From Candidatus Kaiserbacteria bacterium (GTDB taxonomy: Bacteria; Patescibacteriota; Minisyncoccia; Phycocordibacterales; Phycocordibacteraceae), in NCBI GenBank assembly GCA_023269035.1, contig JAHFMJ010000002.1:12671-76670 (forward strand): a stretch of DNA of 64,000 nucleotides, read 5' to 3'. Within the stretch, counting starts at the first letter, position 1, and each line of letters opens with the position of its first letter. Position numbers and translations under genes: made by a program. The notes under the pieces are model-generated. The model saw nothing but the letters and a program-made list of their open reading frames with translations. It made no database searches and was not told the DNA's origin. This document shows positions 32,774 through 41,668 of this stretch, in pieces.

Positions 32774-34078
32774 ATGCCGATGCTTCAGACACGCCTTGTT
32801 GCCGCCGCTCTCCTTATAGTGGGCGCTACCATCGGCTGGTTTGTCACCGGCCTCTATGGAGCACCGCAGGTGCCGTTCCGCTTCGGCCTCGATCTCGCCG
32901 GCGGTTCGCACCTCCTCTATAGCGCTGATACGTCAAAAGTCGTCTCGGGCGATATCACCTCAGCTATGGACGCTCTGCGGCAGGTCGTCGAGCGTCGCGT
33001 CAATCTCTTCGGCGTCTCCGAGCCGTTAGTCCAGGTGGAGCAGGGAGGTGTGACCGGGAACGGCGAGTATCGCCTCATTGTCGAGCTTCCGGGTGTTACT
33101 AATCTGACTGATGCTGTGAAAGCGATAGGTCAGACGCCACTTCTTGAGTTCCGTCTGGCGCAAACGGTGGGCACTACGACCGTTTTCGTACCGACGGGAC
33201 TCACCGGCCAGTACATCGACCACGCGCAGCTTGAGTTTGCTTCAGGGAGGACGAGTACGCTCGCCAATACGCCCATCATCACGCTCTCTTTCACCACGGA
33301 CGGCGCAGAGCGCTTCAAGAAAATCACGACCGAGAACGTTGGCAAAGTGCTTGGTATCTTCCTCGATGGCGCTCCTATTTCGACACCGGTCATTCAGGAA
33401 GCGATACCGAACGGCCAGGCAACCATTACCGGCAACTTCACGCCGACATCGGCAAAGGCGCTCGTGCAGAATCTGAATTTCGGCGCGCTTCCCGTCCCTA
33501 TCACGCTCGTCTCTTCGCAGACGGTCGGCGCATCACTCGGCGAGACGGCTCTTAACCAAAGCGTCATGGCGGGCCTGTGGGGTTTTGCCCTGGTCGCCCT
33601 TTTCCTCATCCTCTGGTACCGCTTGCCGGGCCTCATCGCGGTTATCGCCCTCATGCTCTACGTAGCGGTGAACCTCGCCATCTTCAAGCTCATTCCGGTG
33701 ACGTTGACTACCGCCGGACTTGCAGCGTTCATCCTCTCCATCGGCATGGCGGTCGACGCCAACATCCTCATCTTCGAGCGTACCAAGGAGGAGCTCAAGA
33801 GCGGTAAGGCACTTGGGGACGCTATCCGCGAGGGATTTCACCGCGCATGGACCTCTATCCGTGACAGCAACCTCTCGTCCATCATTACCGGCGTCATCCT
33901 CTTCTGGATGGGCGGTACCGCAGTCATCAAGGGATTCGCGCTCGTCTTCATCATCGGCGTACTTGTTTCCATGTTCACCGCCATCACTGTTACGCGCACA
34001 TTCCTCATCGCGCTCGGTTTCGGCTCTGCCGCTTCGAAGGCATCGCACTTCTTGTTCGGTAATGGCCTTTCAAAATAA
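32774..34078 (+). CDS. secD: protein translocase subunit SecD
   Basis: N-terminal TM helix, a periplasmic domain (GLDLAGGSHLLY…) and a C-terminal six-TM bundle with (GMAVDANILIFERTKEEL). Confidence 0.9.
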   Translation: MPMLQTRLVAAALLIVGATIGWFVTGLYGAPQVPFRFGLDLAGGSHLLYSADTSKVVSGDITSAMDALRQVVERRVNLFGVSEPLVQVEQGGVTGNGEYRLIVELPGVTNLTDAVKAIGQTPLLEFRLAQTVGTTTVFVPTGLTGQYIDHAQLEFASGRTSTLANTPIITLSFTTDGAERFKKITTENVGKVLGIFLDGAPISTPVIQEAIPNGQATITGNFTPTSAKALVQNLNFGALPVPITLVSSQTVGASLGETALNQSVMAGLWGFALVALFLILWYRLPGLIAVIALMLYVAVNLAIFKLIPVTLTTAGLAAFILSIGMAVDANILIFERTKEELKSGKALGDAIREGFHRAWTSIRDSNLSSIITGVILFWMGGTAVIKGFALVFIIGVLVSMFTAITVTRTFLIALGFGSAASKASHFLFGNGLSK

Positions 34079-34081
34079 CGT

Positions 34082-35014
34082 ATGTGGATAGTTAAACACA
34101 GGAAAATCTTTTACTCCTTATCGGCGATACTCATCGTTGTCTCGATCGTGGCGCTCTTCGTGTGGGGATTGAAGTTCGGCATCGATTTCAAAGGCGGCTC
34201 GCTTCTTGAGATCGCCTACACGAGCAATCATCCTTTGGTGGGGGATGTCACGAAAGCGCTTGAAGACGCGGGTATCACCGGCTCTTCTATTCGACCGACC
34301 GGTGACACCGGCTACATAATCCGTACGCCCTTCCTCTCACCTGTCGAGTACTCCCTGGCACAGACGGCTCTGACGATGGGGAACACAAGCACGTTCGACC
34401 AGAAACGCTTCGACTCAATCGGCCCGACCATCGGCTCGGAGCTGCAGAGCAAATCTATATATGCGATCATCCTCGTCATCCTCGCGATAGCGCTCTTCAT
34501 TATGTTCGCGTTCCGTAAGGTCTCGCGCCCCGTCTCCTCATGGAAGTATGGCCTCATCGCGCTCCTCGCGCTCGCGCACGACGTCATCATTCCGATCGGC
34601 GCTTTCATCTTTCTTGGGCACTTCTTTGGCGCGGAAGTTGATACGCTCTTCGTCACGGCAATACTCGTCGTACTCGGCTTCTCGGTGCACGACACCATCG
34701 TCGTCTTCGACCGCGTACGCGAGAACCTCCGCCATCTACAGGAGCAGAATACCAAAGAGCCTTTCGAGGAGACGGTAGGGAAGTCCATCGGCCAAACCTT
34801 GAACCGCTCCATCAACACCTCGCTCACCGTCGTGCTTGTGCTCCTTGCACTCTTTATCCTCGGCCCGTCAGTCACGCACTTCTTCGTCCTCGCGCTTATC
34901 ATCGGCGTCATAGCCGGCACCTACTCGTCCATCTTCATCGGCTCGCCGCTCCTCGTCACGCTCCAAAAGATGCAAAAACCGGAAGTTGTTGCTCCTCCTA
35001 AGAAGAAACGCTAG
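34082..35014 (+). CDS. secF: protein translocase subunit SecF
   Basis: …GIDFKGGSLLEIAY… and conserved blocks (HDVIIPIGAF, GFSVHDTIVVFDRVREN) are present. Confidence 0.9.
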   Translation: MWIVKHRKIFYSLSAILIVVSIVALFVWGLKFGIDFKGGSLLEIAYTSNHPLVGDVTKALEDAGITGSSIRPTGDTGYIIRTPFLSPVEYSLAQTALTMGNTSTFDQKRFDSIGPTIGSELQSKSIYAIILVILAIALFIMFAFRKVSRPVSSWKYGLIALLALAHDVIIPIGAFIFLGHFFGAEVDTLFVTAILVVLGFSVHDTIVVFDRVRENLRHLQEQNTKEPFEETVGKSIGQTLNRSINTSLTVVLVLLALFILGPSVTHFFVLALIIGVIAGTYSSIFIGSPLLVTLQKMQKPEVVAPPKKKR

Positions 35015-35698
35015 TTATTCAATTTTCGTCCCGACGAAAGATTTTCCTTCGAGGTAGTTGGTTACTTCGTCCAGCTTCGAGCCATTGATAATGGCTACTT
35101 CAAGGCCAAGCGCTTCCGCTTCTTTTGCGGCTATTGGGTCGAAGGGGGAGGAGAGGCCCGGGTCCCATTTCTCCGGCAAGAGTTTGCGGAACTCTGGCCA
35201 AGTGATTTTTTCTATTGCTGTGGCGGTTGGGTCCTTCTTAGGGTCGGCAGTGTAAGCGTAGTCGATGTTGGAAAGGTTGATGACTTTTTTCGCCCCCACG
35301 TTCTTTGCAAGGAGCACGGCATCGTAGTCGGTGCTCCAGCCCGGCTTCCACCCTGCGGCGATGACTATTTTGTGTGTCGTTGGTACCGCCTCGGTTGGGT
35401 CGGTGTTGATGATCGGGTGTGCCTGTTCGAAAAATATTGAACGGAGGAGATGCGCGTTGAGCCGCGTGGCGTGGATGCCCAGCCAGTCGAGGTCGTCACG
35501 CGTAAGTGGCGTTACTTCATTTGCCGCGTCCTGATAGCGGCGGGCGGTTTTGCCCCCGCCCGTGATGATGATAAACGAGGCTCCTTTCTCGATGTGCGAG
35601 AGGACAAAAACTTTCAGTGCTTTAAGAAAGTTCGTATCGATGGCGTCTGGGACGATGAGGGAACCCCCCACGGAAATGACCAGTGTTTGCTTGTCCAT
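35015..35698 (-). CDS. pyrH: UMP kinase-like amino-acid-kinase family protein (archaeal-type length)
   Basis: 227 aa. N-terminal LVISVGGSLIV…, then IITGGGKTAR… and VINLSNIDYAYTADP. These are aspartate/glutamate/uridylate kinase fold signatures. Confidence 0.65.
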   Translation of the reverse strand: MDKQTLVISVGGSLIVPDAIDTNFLKALKVFVLSHIEKGASFIIITGGGKTARRYQDAANEVTPLTRDDLDWLGIHATRLNAHLLRSIFFEQAHPIINTDPTEAVPTTHKIVIAAGWKPGWSTDYDAVLLAKNVGAKKVINLSNIDYAYTADPKKDPTATAIEKITWPEFRKLLPEKWDPGLSSPFDPIAAKEAEALGLEVAIINGSKLDEVTNYLEGKSFVGTKIE

Positions 35699-35717
35699 AG
35701 GGCCTATAATACCCTAC

Positions 35718-35746
35718 TTGACTCCCCTATGGGGAGGGGGTAGTAT
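35718..35746 (+). promoter_or_regulatory. near-consensus sigma70-type promoter (TTGACT-17 nt-TAGTAT), possibly rRNA P1 or a small-RNA promoter
   Basis: TTGACT at 35718-35723, a 17-nt spacer, then TAGTAT at 35741-35746. About 100 nt downstream lies a hairpin plus T-run (35841-35866), then the CGTTGACAAC module at 35880-35889. Confidence 0.35.
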
Positions 35747-36043
35747 GCCCTTTACGCTTGTCTCACGGTAAGCGTCGCTTTAACATCACTATGACTCACT
35801 TCATTCAGTAACCTACCGATCGAAGAGACGTCTGTGTGATGCCGAGGCAAAAGCTTCGGCTTTTTCAATCCCGTGCGCTCGTTGACAACTGAATAACGAA
35901 AGATGCAATCACAAACAAACCAGTCTAAGAAACTAATCCCGACGTAAAAAGTCGGGACCCCGACCTAGGCGTCGGGGGAGCTATTCAATTTCTTCTGTTC
36001 CGACTATCGATCTCGTGCCGCCCAATTGGAGGCATGAGATCTT

Positions 36044-37498
36044 AACTGAGAGTTTGATCCTAGCTCAGGGTGAATGCTGGCGGCGTGGATAAGGCATGCA
36101 AGTCGAACGGGTTTAGACCCGTGGCAGACGAGGTAGTAACACGTAGGAACGTACCCCAAAGTCGGGCATATTCCGTCGAAAGACGGTGCAATTCCCGATA
36201 GTCTCTAAGGAGTAAAGATTTATCGCTTTGGGAGCGGCCTGCGTAATATCAGCTAGTTGGTAGGGTAATGGCCTACCAAGGCTATGACGTTTAGGGGAGC
36301 TGAGAGGCTGACCCCCACCGATGGAACTGAGATACGGTCCTTACTCCTACGGGAGGCCGCAGTCGAGAATCTTCCGCAATGGACGAAAGTCTGACGGAGC
36401 GACGCCGCGTGATGGATGAAGTCCTTCGGGACGTAAACATCTTTTATGAGGGATGAAGTTTTGACAGTACCTCATGAATAAGGGGCTCCTAACTCTGTGC
36501 CAGCAGGAGCGGTAATACAGAGGCCCCAAGCATTACCCGGAATCATTGGGCGTAAAGGGTGCGTAGGTGGCGTTGTTAGTCCTTTCTTAAATTCTCCGTG
36601 CTCAACACGGAGGCTCGAAGGGAAACGGCAATGCTCGAGGATGTACGAGGTACGTGGAACTCATGGTGTAGGGGTGAAATCCGTTGATATCATGGGGAAC
36701 ACCACAGGCGAAGGCAGCGTACTGGGACATTCCTGACACTGAGGCACGAAAGCGTGGGTAGCGAATGGGATTAGATACCCCAGTAGTCCACGCCCTAAAC
36801 CATGTTCTCTAGCTATAAGGAGTATCGACCCTCTTTGTGGCGAAGCTAACGCGTTAAGAGAACCGCCTGGGTAGTACGAGCGCAAGCTTAAAACTCAAAG
36901 GAATAGACGGGAATTCGCACAAGCGGTGGATCATGTGGCTCAATTCGTAGGTAAGCGAAGAACCTTACCAGGGCTAGAAACCTAGCTGCACGCCTCGGGA
37001 AACCGAGGAAGCCTTCGAGGGTGCTAGGCAGGTGATGCATGGTCGTCGTCAGTTCGTGGCTTGAGCTGTTCCCTTAAGTGGGGAAACGAACGCAACCCCC
37101 GTTGTCTGTTTTATATGTCAGGCAAGACAGCTCCCTCACGGGAGAGGAAGGAGGGGATGACGCCAGATCAGCATGTCCCTCTGATGCCCTGGGCTGCACA
37201 CGTGATACAATGGGCGCGACAAAAGGATGCAATACGGTAACGTGGAGCAAATCCCAAAACGCGTCCTCAGTACGGATAGAGGTCTGCAACTCGACCTCTT
37301 GAAGCTGGAATCGCTAGTAATCGTAGGTCAGCCATACTACGGTGAATACGTTCTCGAATTTTGTACTCACCGCCCGTCAACTCAAGGGAGCCGGGAATAC
37401 CCGACGCCCGCGTTTATCGCGGTCCACGGTAAGTTCGGTAACAGGGAGTAAGTCGTAACAAGGCACGGGTAGCGGAAGCTGCTCGTGGAACAATTCCA
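36044..37498 (+). rRNA. rrs: 16S ribosomal RNA (divergent, CPR-like; 3' end approximate)
   Basis: It opens with AGAGUUUGAUCCUAGCUCAG…CAUGCAAGUCGAACGG. The internal conserved regions are recognisable but carry mismatches to universal sites: GTGCCAGCAGGAGCGGTAA versus the 515F consensus, GGATTAGATACCCCAGTAGTCC versus the 806R consensus, and TGTACTCACCGCCCGTCA. Helix 45 is intact (CACGGGUAGC-GGAA-GCUGCUCGUG). About 1455 nt. Confidence 0.85.
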
Positions 37499-37676
37499 TG
37501 CGGAAAACATCTCTCCGAGATTCGTCTCGAAGGATTTATCCGGTCGATTGCCGAAAGGCAGAGTGATGATGTATGACTCTAAACAACATCCGGCACGCAG
37601 ATTGCCGAAACTGCGATAGGCGGAACAGAAGAAAGGGAAGAGCTCTTGGTCACTCTGGTTTGGAAATTCCAGGGAT

Positions 37677-37997
37677 TTACTCGTCTATTTCAGTGTATTT
37701 GATGCGAGGACAATCGGAATGGTAGTGCTTACCATGGTCATCCTCGACGGGGATATTTTTAGTATCGTAAAGCTTGAGTTCGTACTCGTCTATGACGTAG
37801 CTGTTTATCCATTTCTTTAATCCAAAGATCGTATGGCGGCATGACGGACTATCGCAATAGACAGCTGTCTTGTCCCTGCCCTGTTCATCTTTCCCGTGCT
37901 TCCTTTCGGAAACGCGGACTATGTCAGGGCGCTCGTGGCCTGATGCGAATCTCGCATTCATTTTCAGCATAATAACTTCAAAATCATCTTTTGTCAA
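37677..37997 (-). CDS. hypothetical small Cys/His-rich protein in the AT-rich 16S-tRNA spacer
   Basis: 106 aa (…CDSPSCRHT…HGKHYHSDCP…) in a low-GC context between the 16S 3' end and tRNA-Ile. No recognised family. Confidence 0.35.
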   Translation of the reverse strand: MTKDDFEVIMLKMNARFASGHERPDIVRVSERKHGKDEQGRDKTAVYCDSPSCRHTIFGLKKWINSYVIDEYELKLYDTKNIPVEDDHGKHYHSDCPRIKYTEIDE

Positions 37998-38147
37998 AGA
38001 GCTTTTTCTTTGTTTTTAAGGCCTTATTTTGCTAATATCACAGCACGCAGGAAAGAGTATGGCGAGTGTAAACATCGGGCTGCGCCCTCGTTTTCGCTCG
38101 CTGCGCTCCGGAAGAATGAAAGCCAGCTTTCATTCTCTCCCTCGCTT

Positions 38148-38222
38148 GCGAGCGTAGTTCAGTGGTAGAACGCTGTCCTGATAAGACAGAGGTCGAAGGT
38201 TCGATTCCTTCCGCTCGCACCA
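38148..38222 (+). tRNA. tRNA-Ile (anticodon GAU), CCA encoded
   Basis: Cloverleaf: acceptor GCGAGCG/CGCUCGC, D-arm GUUC-AGUGGUA-GAAC, anticodon stem CUGUC/GACAG with loop CUGAUAA, T-arm GAAGG-UUCGAUU-CCUUC, discriminator A, then CCA. Confidence 0.9.
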
Positions 38223-38224
38223 AT

Positions 38225-38250
38225 AGCCGGCCTACGCCGGCTTTTTGTAT
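38225..38250 (+). terminator. rho-independent terminator after tRNA-Ile
   Basis: agccggc-ctac-gccggct followed by TTTTTG. Confidence 0.5.
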
Positions 38251-38365
38251 GCGAGCGAGTACGCCAACTGCTTGGCGTACGTGAAGGAATCGAAGACCTT
38301 TGCGATGTTTACGAGGAACATTGTTTCGAGAAAACCGCAAAGGTATACTGCTCCTGTAAGGAGAG

Positions 38366-38381
38366 TTTCCTTCCGCTCGCA
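38366..38381 (+). repeat. exact 16-nt direct repeat of the tRNA-Ile 3' end (TTCCTTCCGCTCGCAC), att-like scar
   Basis: Identical to 38205-38220 (T-arm 3' half plus acceptor 3' strand of tRNA-Ile). It lies 145 nt downstream and abuts the ATG of the next gene. Confidence 0.7.
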
Positions 38382-38383
38382 CA

Positions 38384-39018
38384 TGAAAATCACGAAGTTT
38401 GGGCACAGTTGCCTCCTTGTCGAAGAAAACGGAGTTCGTATTTTAGTTGATCCCGGCGTTTACTCGACGGCTCAAAATGAGCTGAAAAATATCGATGCCG
38501 TGCTCATCACCCATGAGCATCAGGATCATGTCGACATCGCTTCACTGAAGACCGTTTTGGGGAATAACGCTGGAGCGAGGGTGATTACGAATGGAAGCGT
38601 CGCGGATATTTTTGTCAAAGAGGGAATCAAGGTCGACCTTGTCGAGGATGGTGCAAGTACGGACGTAAAAGGAGTAACGATAGAAGGGGTGGGGAAAGAG
38701 CACGCGCTCATCCACTCATCAGTGCCACGTATAAAAAACGTCGGCTACTTCATCGCCGGACGTTTTTTCTACCCTGGCGATGCGTTGACCATTCCCGGCA
38801 GACCGGTGGAAATCCTTGCGATGCCGACCGCCGCACCGTGGGGGAAGGTTTCCGAATTTCTCGACTATGCTATTGCCGTAAAACCGAAAGTCTGTTTCCC
38901 TGTTCACGACGCTATCCTCAAAGACCCCGCCTTCGGCAATCGCTGGCCGTCCCTCGTCCTCCCGCCCGCTGGCATCTCGTTCCAGATCCTTGAGTTAGGG
39001 AAGGAATACGAGTTTTGA
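38384..39018 (+). CDS. MBL-fold metallo-hydrolase (UPF0173-like)
   Basis: MKITKFGHSCLLVEENGVRILVDPG… and the HxHxDH motif (ITHEHQDHVD). The start was trimmed to the ATG at 38384. Confidence 0.75.
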
Positions 39019-39527
39019 ACCAGAATTTTTTTCAACGTTCTGCACAAATCATCGCACGAGACTTGCTCGGAAAATATTTGGTTTGTCGGGTACGCGGTAA
39101 GACGACCGCATACAAAATCGTCGAGACCGAGGCGTACGTGGGGCCGCATGATAAGGCGAGTCATGCGCATAGAGGGAAGACCAAGCGCAACGAGGTGATG
39201 TTTGGCGAGGCGGGGCACTGGTACGTGTACTTTGTCTACGGCATGCACAATATGCTCAACATCGTCACGGGGCCGAAAGGCTATCCCGCCGCTGTTTTGA
39301 TACGAGGAGTGGAAGGGGCTATCGGCCCCGGCCGCCTCACCAAAAAGCTCGGCATAACGCGCGCACTCAACGGCAAAGCCGCATCAAAAAAGTCCGGCCT
39401 GTGGATTGAGGACAGGGGAAAGAAAGTAAACCCGCGCCACATCAAGCGCACGCCACGCATCGGTGTACCGTATGCAAAAGATTGGGCGAAGAAGCCGCTT
39501 CGTTTTGTACTTGCAGAGCCTTCGTGA
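39015..39527 (+). CDS. mpg: DNA-3-methyladenine glycosylase (Mpg/AAG family)
   Basis: …LLGKYLVCRVRGKTTAYKIVETEAYVGPHDKASHAHRGKTKRNEVMFGEAGHWYVYFVYGMHNMLNIV… is a typical MPG family signature. Confidence 0.8.
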   Translation: MNQNFFQRSAQIIARDLLGKYLVCRVRGKTTAYKIVETEAYVGPHDKASHAHRGKTKRNEVMFGEAGHWYVYFVYGMHNMLNIVTGPKGYPAAVLIRGVEGAIGPGRLTKKLGITRALNGKAASKKSGLWIEDRGKKVNPRHIKRTPRIGVPYAKDWAKKPLRFVLAEPS

Positions 39528-39542
39528 TAGCGTTGGCTGTCT

Positions 39543-40490
39543 ATGGCAGCAGGAGATATACGGAGAGTAGAGGCGGGTCCTGCAGAGGGTGAGCCTCTGC
39601 GCGCCTCGAGGAGTATCCGCGGCAAGCGCGTACTCGTCTTCGGCTACGGGAAGATAGGACAGGCGCTCGTCAAGAAGCTCATCGCGGAAGGCGCCATCAT
39701 ACACGGCATAGTTCGTGCGAGTGGCATCTTTAGCGGCGCTGGCGCGAAAATGGCCGAGCACAAGGATTGGAAACGCTACATGCCTGCGGCCCACGCTGTG
39801 TTCATAGCCATACCCACCGTCGGCGACGGCGCCGAGGCCCTCGACTACATGCAGGAGGCGCTCAAGCGCGGCAAGCCGGTCATCACCGCCGAGAAGGCGG
39901 CCATCGCGAGCAACCCGCAACTCATGCGTCGGCAGGACGCTCTCTTACGCTATACGGCGACCGTCGGTGGCGGTACCAAGATGCTTAAACGTATAGGCGA
40001 GCATCCGCCCGGCTCCATCCGCGAGATAAAAGCCGTGGTTAACGGCACGCTCAATTACATCTCCTCGCGCGTGCGGGCCGGTCTGGCACAGAAGGATGCA
40101 GTGCGCGAGGCGGTCAAGCAAGGCTACGCTGAGACGGATACTGATGACTTTGCTGTCATCCTGGCAGATGAAAAGGATGACGTGATAAGAAAGGCAGTTA
40201 TCATGGCCAACCACTCGGGCATGTTCAACCAGCCGGTGACGAAAGAGAATATCACCTTCATCCCTCCACCACCCGGCAACCTTACGGCGAAGCGGTGCAT
40301 CGTGCGCATCACACCTGCGGGTGTTGAAGTGGGATTCATAGAAGACGGCGGTAGCGAATGGCTCTCGGAGGGAGCGAACAACGTTCTCTATGTCAACGGG
40401 CACAAGGAGGTCGAAGGACCAGGAGCCGGCCCGGAGCCAACCGTCTCTGCCATGCTCGACGACTACCGCGATGTTCTCGGTAGTATATAG
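39543..40490 (+). CDS. homoserine dehydrogenase-family protein (NAD-binding plus catalytic domain, no ACT domain)
   Basis: GxGxxG (VFGYGKIGQALVKKL), a mid-region (ATVGGGTKML…VNGTLNYISS) and the C-terminal motif (GPGAGPEPTVSAMLDD) match the HSD pattern. Confidence 0.6.
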   Translation: MAAGDIRRVEAGPAEGEPLRASRSIRGKRVLVFGYGKIGQALVKKLIAEGAIIHGIVRASGIFSGAGAKMAEHKDWKRYMPAAHAVFIAIPTVGDGAEALDYMQEALKRGKPVITAEKAAIASNPQLMRRQDALLRYTATVGGGTKMLKRIGEHPPGSIREIKAVVNGTLNYISSRVRAGLAQKDAVREAVKQGYAETDTDDFAVILADEKDDVIRKAVIMANHSGMFNQPVTKENITFIPPPPGNLTAKRCIVRITPAGVEVGFIEDGGSEWLSEGANNVLYVNGHKEVEGPGAGPEPTVSAMLDDYRDVLGSI

Positions 40491-40496
40491 TGGCTG

Positions 40497-40932
40497 CATG
40501 ACGGTCGAGATCCCAGGCAGTCATTGGATAGGCGAGATAGATCAGAAGGCTTTTATAGTCCAAGACGGCAAAGTATTGATGTGCCTCGATGCTTTCGTCC
40601 GTAAGTGGGACTTTCCCGGCGGGCGGCTGCACAAGAGTGAAGGATACGAAGAAGGATTTGCCCGCGAGATACGTGAAGAACTCGGGATAGAAATCGTCTT
40701 GGGCGGCCCCCGGTACGTCTATCTTGGAGAAGGGGAACGCTTTTATAGCGGCATCCCCCGCTACTACATTATCTTTGATGCAACGCTTAAAGACCCGAGC
40801 GCGAAGTTTACTGTCGCTGAAGATGAGATACTGGAATTGAAGTGGATAGGCGCAGGGGATGTCTCCGACCTTGCAACCTGGGAAGAGTGGCGGGAGATCC
40901 TGAAAGGTTATTTCAAAAATCATGCTTCCTAA
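40497..40932 (+). CDS. NUDIX hydrolase
   Basis: NUDIX box GGRLHKSEGYEEGFAREIREELGIE. The start was trimmed to the ATG after the preceding stop. Confidence 0.75.
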
Positions 40933-41566
40933 GATACTCGTGTTCGCGTCGGGCTCTTCGACTGGTGGCGGGTCGGGGTTTGAGAACCTGGTGCGCCACT
41001 CGCGCGAAGCGGGCGGCGACCTGAAAGCCGAGATCGTCGGCGTCGTCAGCAACAACGAGCACGGCGGCGTGCGCCTGCGTGCTGATGCACTCAAGATTCC
41101 TTTTATCTATTTTTCAGGGCCCTATGACGCCGAGCATTATCGCGCGCTTGCTGAGAAGAGCGGCGCGGAGTGGTTTGTGCTCTCCGGCTGGCTTAAGAAA
41201 GTGCAAGGGTTGGACCCAAAACGGACATTCAACATCCACCCCGCGCTCCTCTCTATACTCGGTGGCCACTTTGGCGGCAAAGACATGTACGGCCACCATG
41301 TGCTTGATGCCGTGTACGGAGCCCTAAAGAGAAGGGAAGTGAATGAGTTTGGCATTAGCATGCATTTCGTGACGGACGAGTACGACCGCGGTCCCGTCTT
41401 TTTTGAACACGCAATGACGGTGAAGGAAGGTATGACGAAAGAGGAAATGGGTGAGAAGGTGCACAAAGCCGAGCACGAGTGGCAGCCAAAGATAACCAAC
41501 ATGGTCGTGCACGGCGAGATTGAGTGGGACGGCAGCGACCCGCAGTCGCTCAAGGTCCCTAGTTGA
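40922..41566 (+). CDS. purN: formyltransferase, PurN-like (phosphoribosylglycinamide formyltransferase family)
   Basis: N-terminal ILVFASGSSTGG…, and NIHPALL matches the catalytic NIHPSLLP motif region of the formyl_trans_N domain. 214 aa. Confidence 0.65.
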   Translation: MLPKILVFASGSSTGGGSGFENLVRHSREAGGDLKAEIVGVVSNNEHGGVRLRADALKIPFIYFSGPYDAEHYRALAEKSGAEWFVLSGWLKKVQGLDPKRTFNIHPALLSILGGHFGGKDMYGHHVLDAVYGALKRREVNEFGISMHFVTDEYDRGPVFFEHAMTVKEGMTKEEMGEKVHKAEHEWQPKITNMVVHGEIEWDGSDPQSLKVPS

Positions 41567-41582
41567 TATATAGTAGCGGGAC

Positions 41583-41664
41583 GGGCACGTGGCGGAATTG
41601 GTATACGCGTACGTCTCAGAAGCGTATGTCGCAAGACTTGGGAGTTCGAGTCTCCCCGTGCCCA
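41583..41664 (+). tRNA. tRNA-Leu (anticodon CAG), class II with long variable arm, no encoded CCA
   Basis: Acceptor GGGCACG/CGUGCCC. The D-arm UGGCGGAAUUGGUAUACGCG is nearly identical to the E. coli tRNA-Leu D-arm. Anticodon stem UACGU/GCGUA with loop CUCAGAA. Variable arm UGUCGCAAGACUU. T-arm GGGAG-UUCGAGU-CUCCC. Confidence 0.8.
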
Positions 41665-41668
41665 CTGG

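Noticed and set aside
37498-38147. A second spacer tRNA (tRNA-Ala) or the true 16S 3' end lying beyond the AT-rich spacer
   Set aside because: No cloverleaf-compatible sequence and no CACCUCCUU motif was found between 37500 and 38147. The 16S is taken to end near 37498.
38038-38406. 122-aa minus-strand ORF covering tRNA-Ile
   Set aside because: It overlaps the tRNA gene and its terminator, and its composition is Arg-rich. It is spurious.
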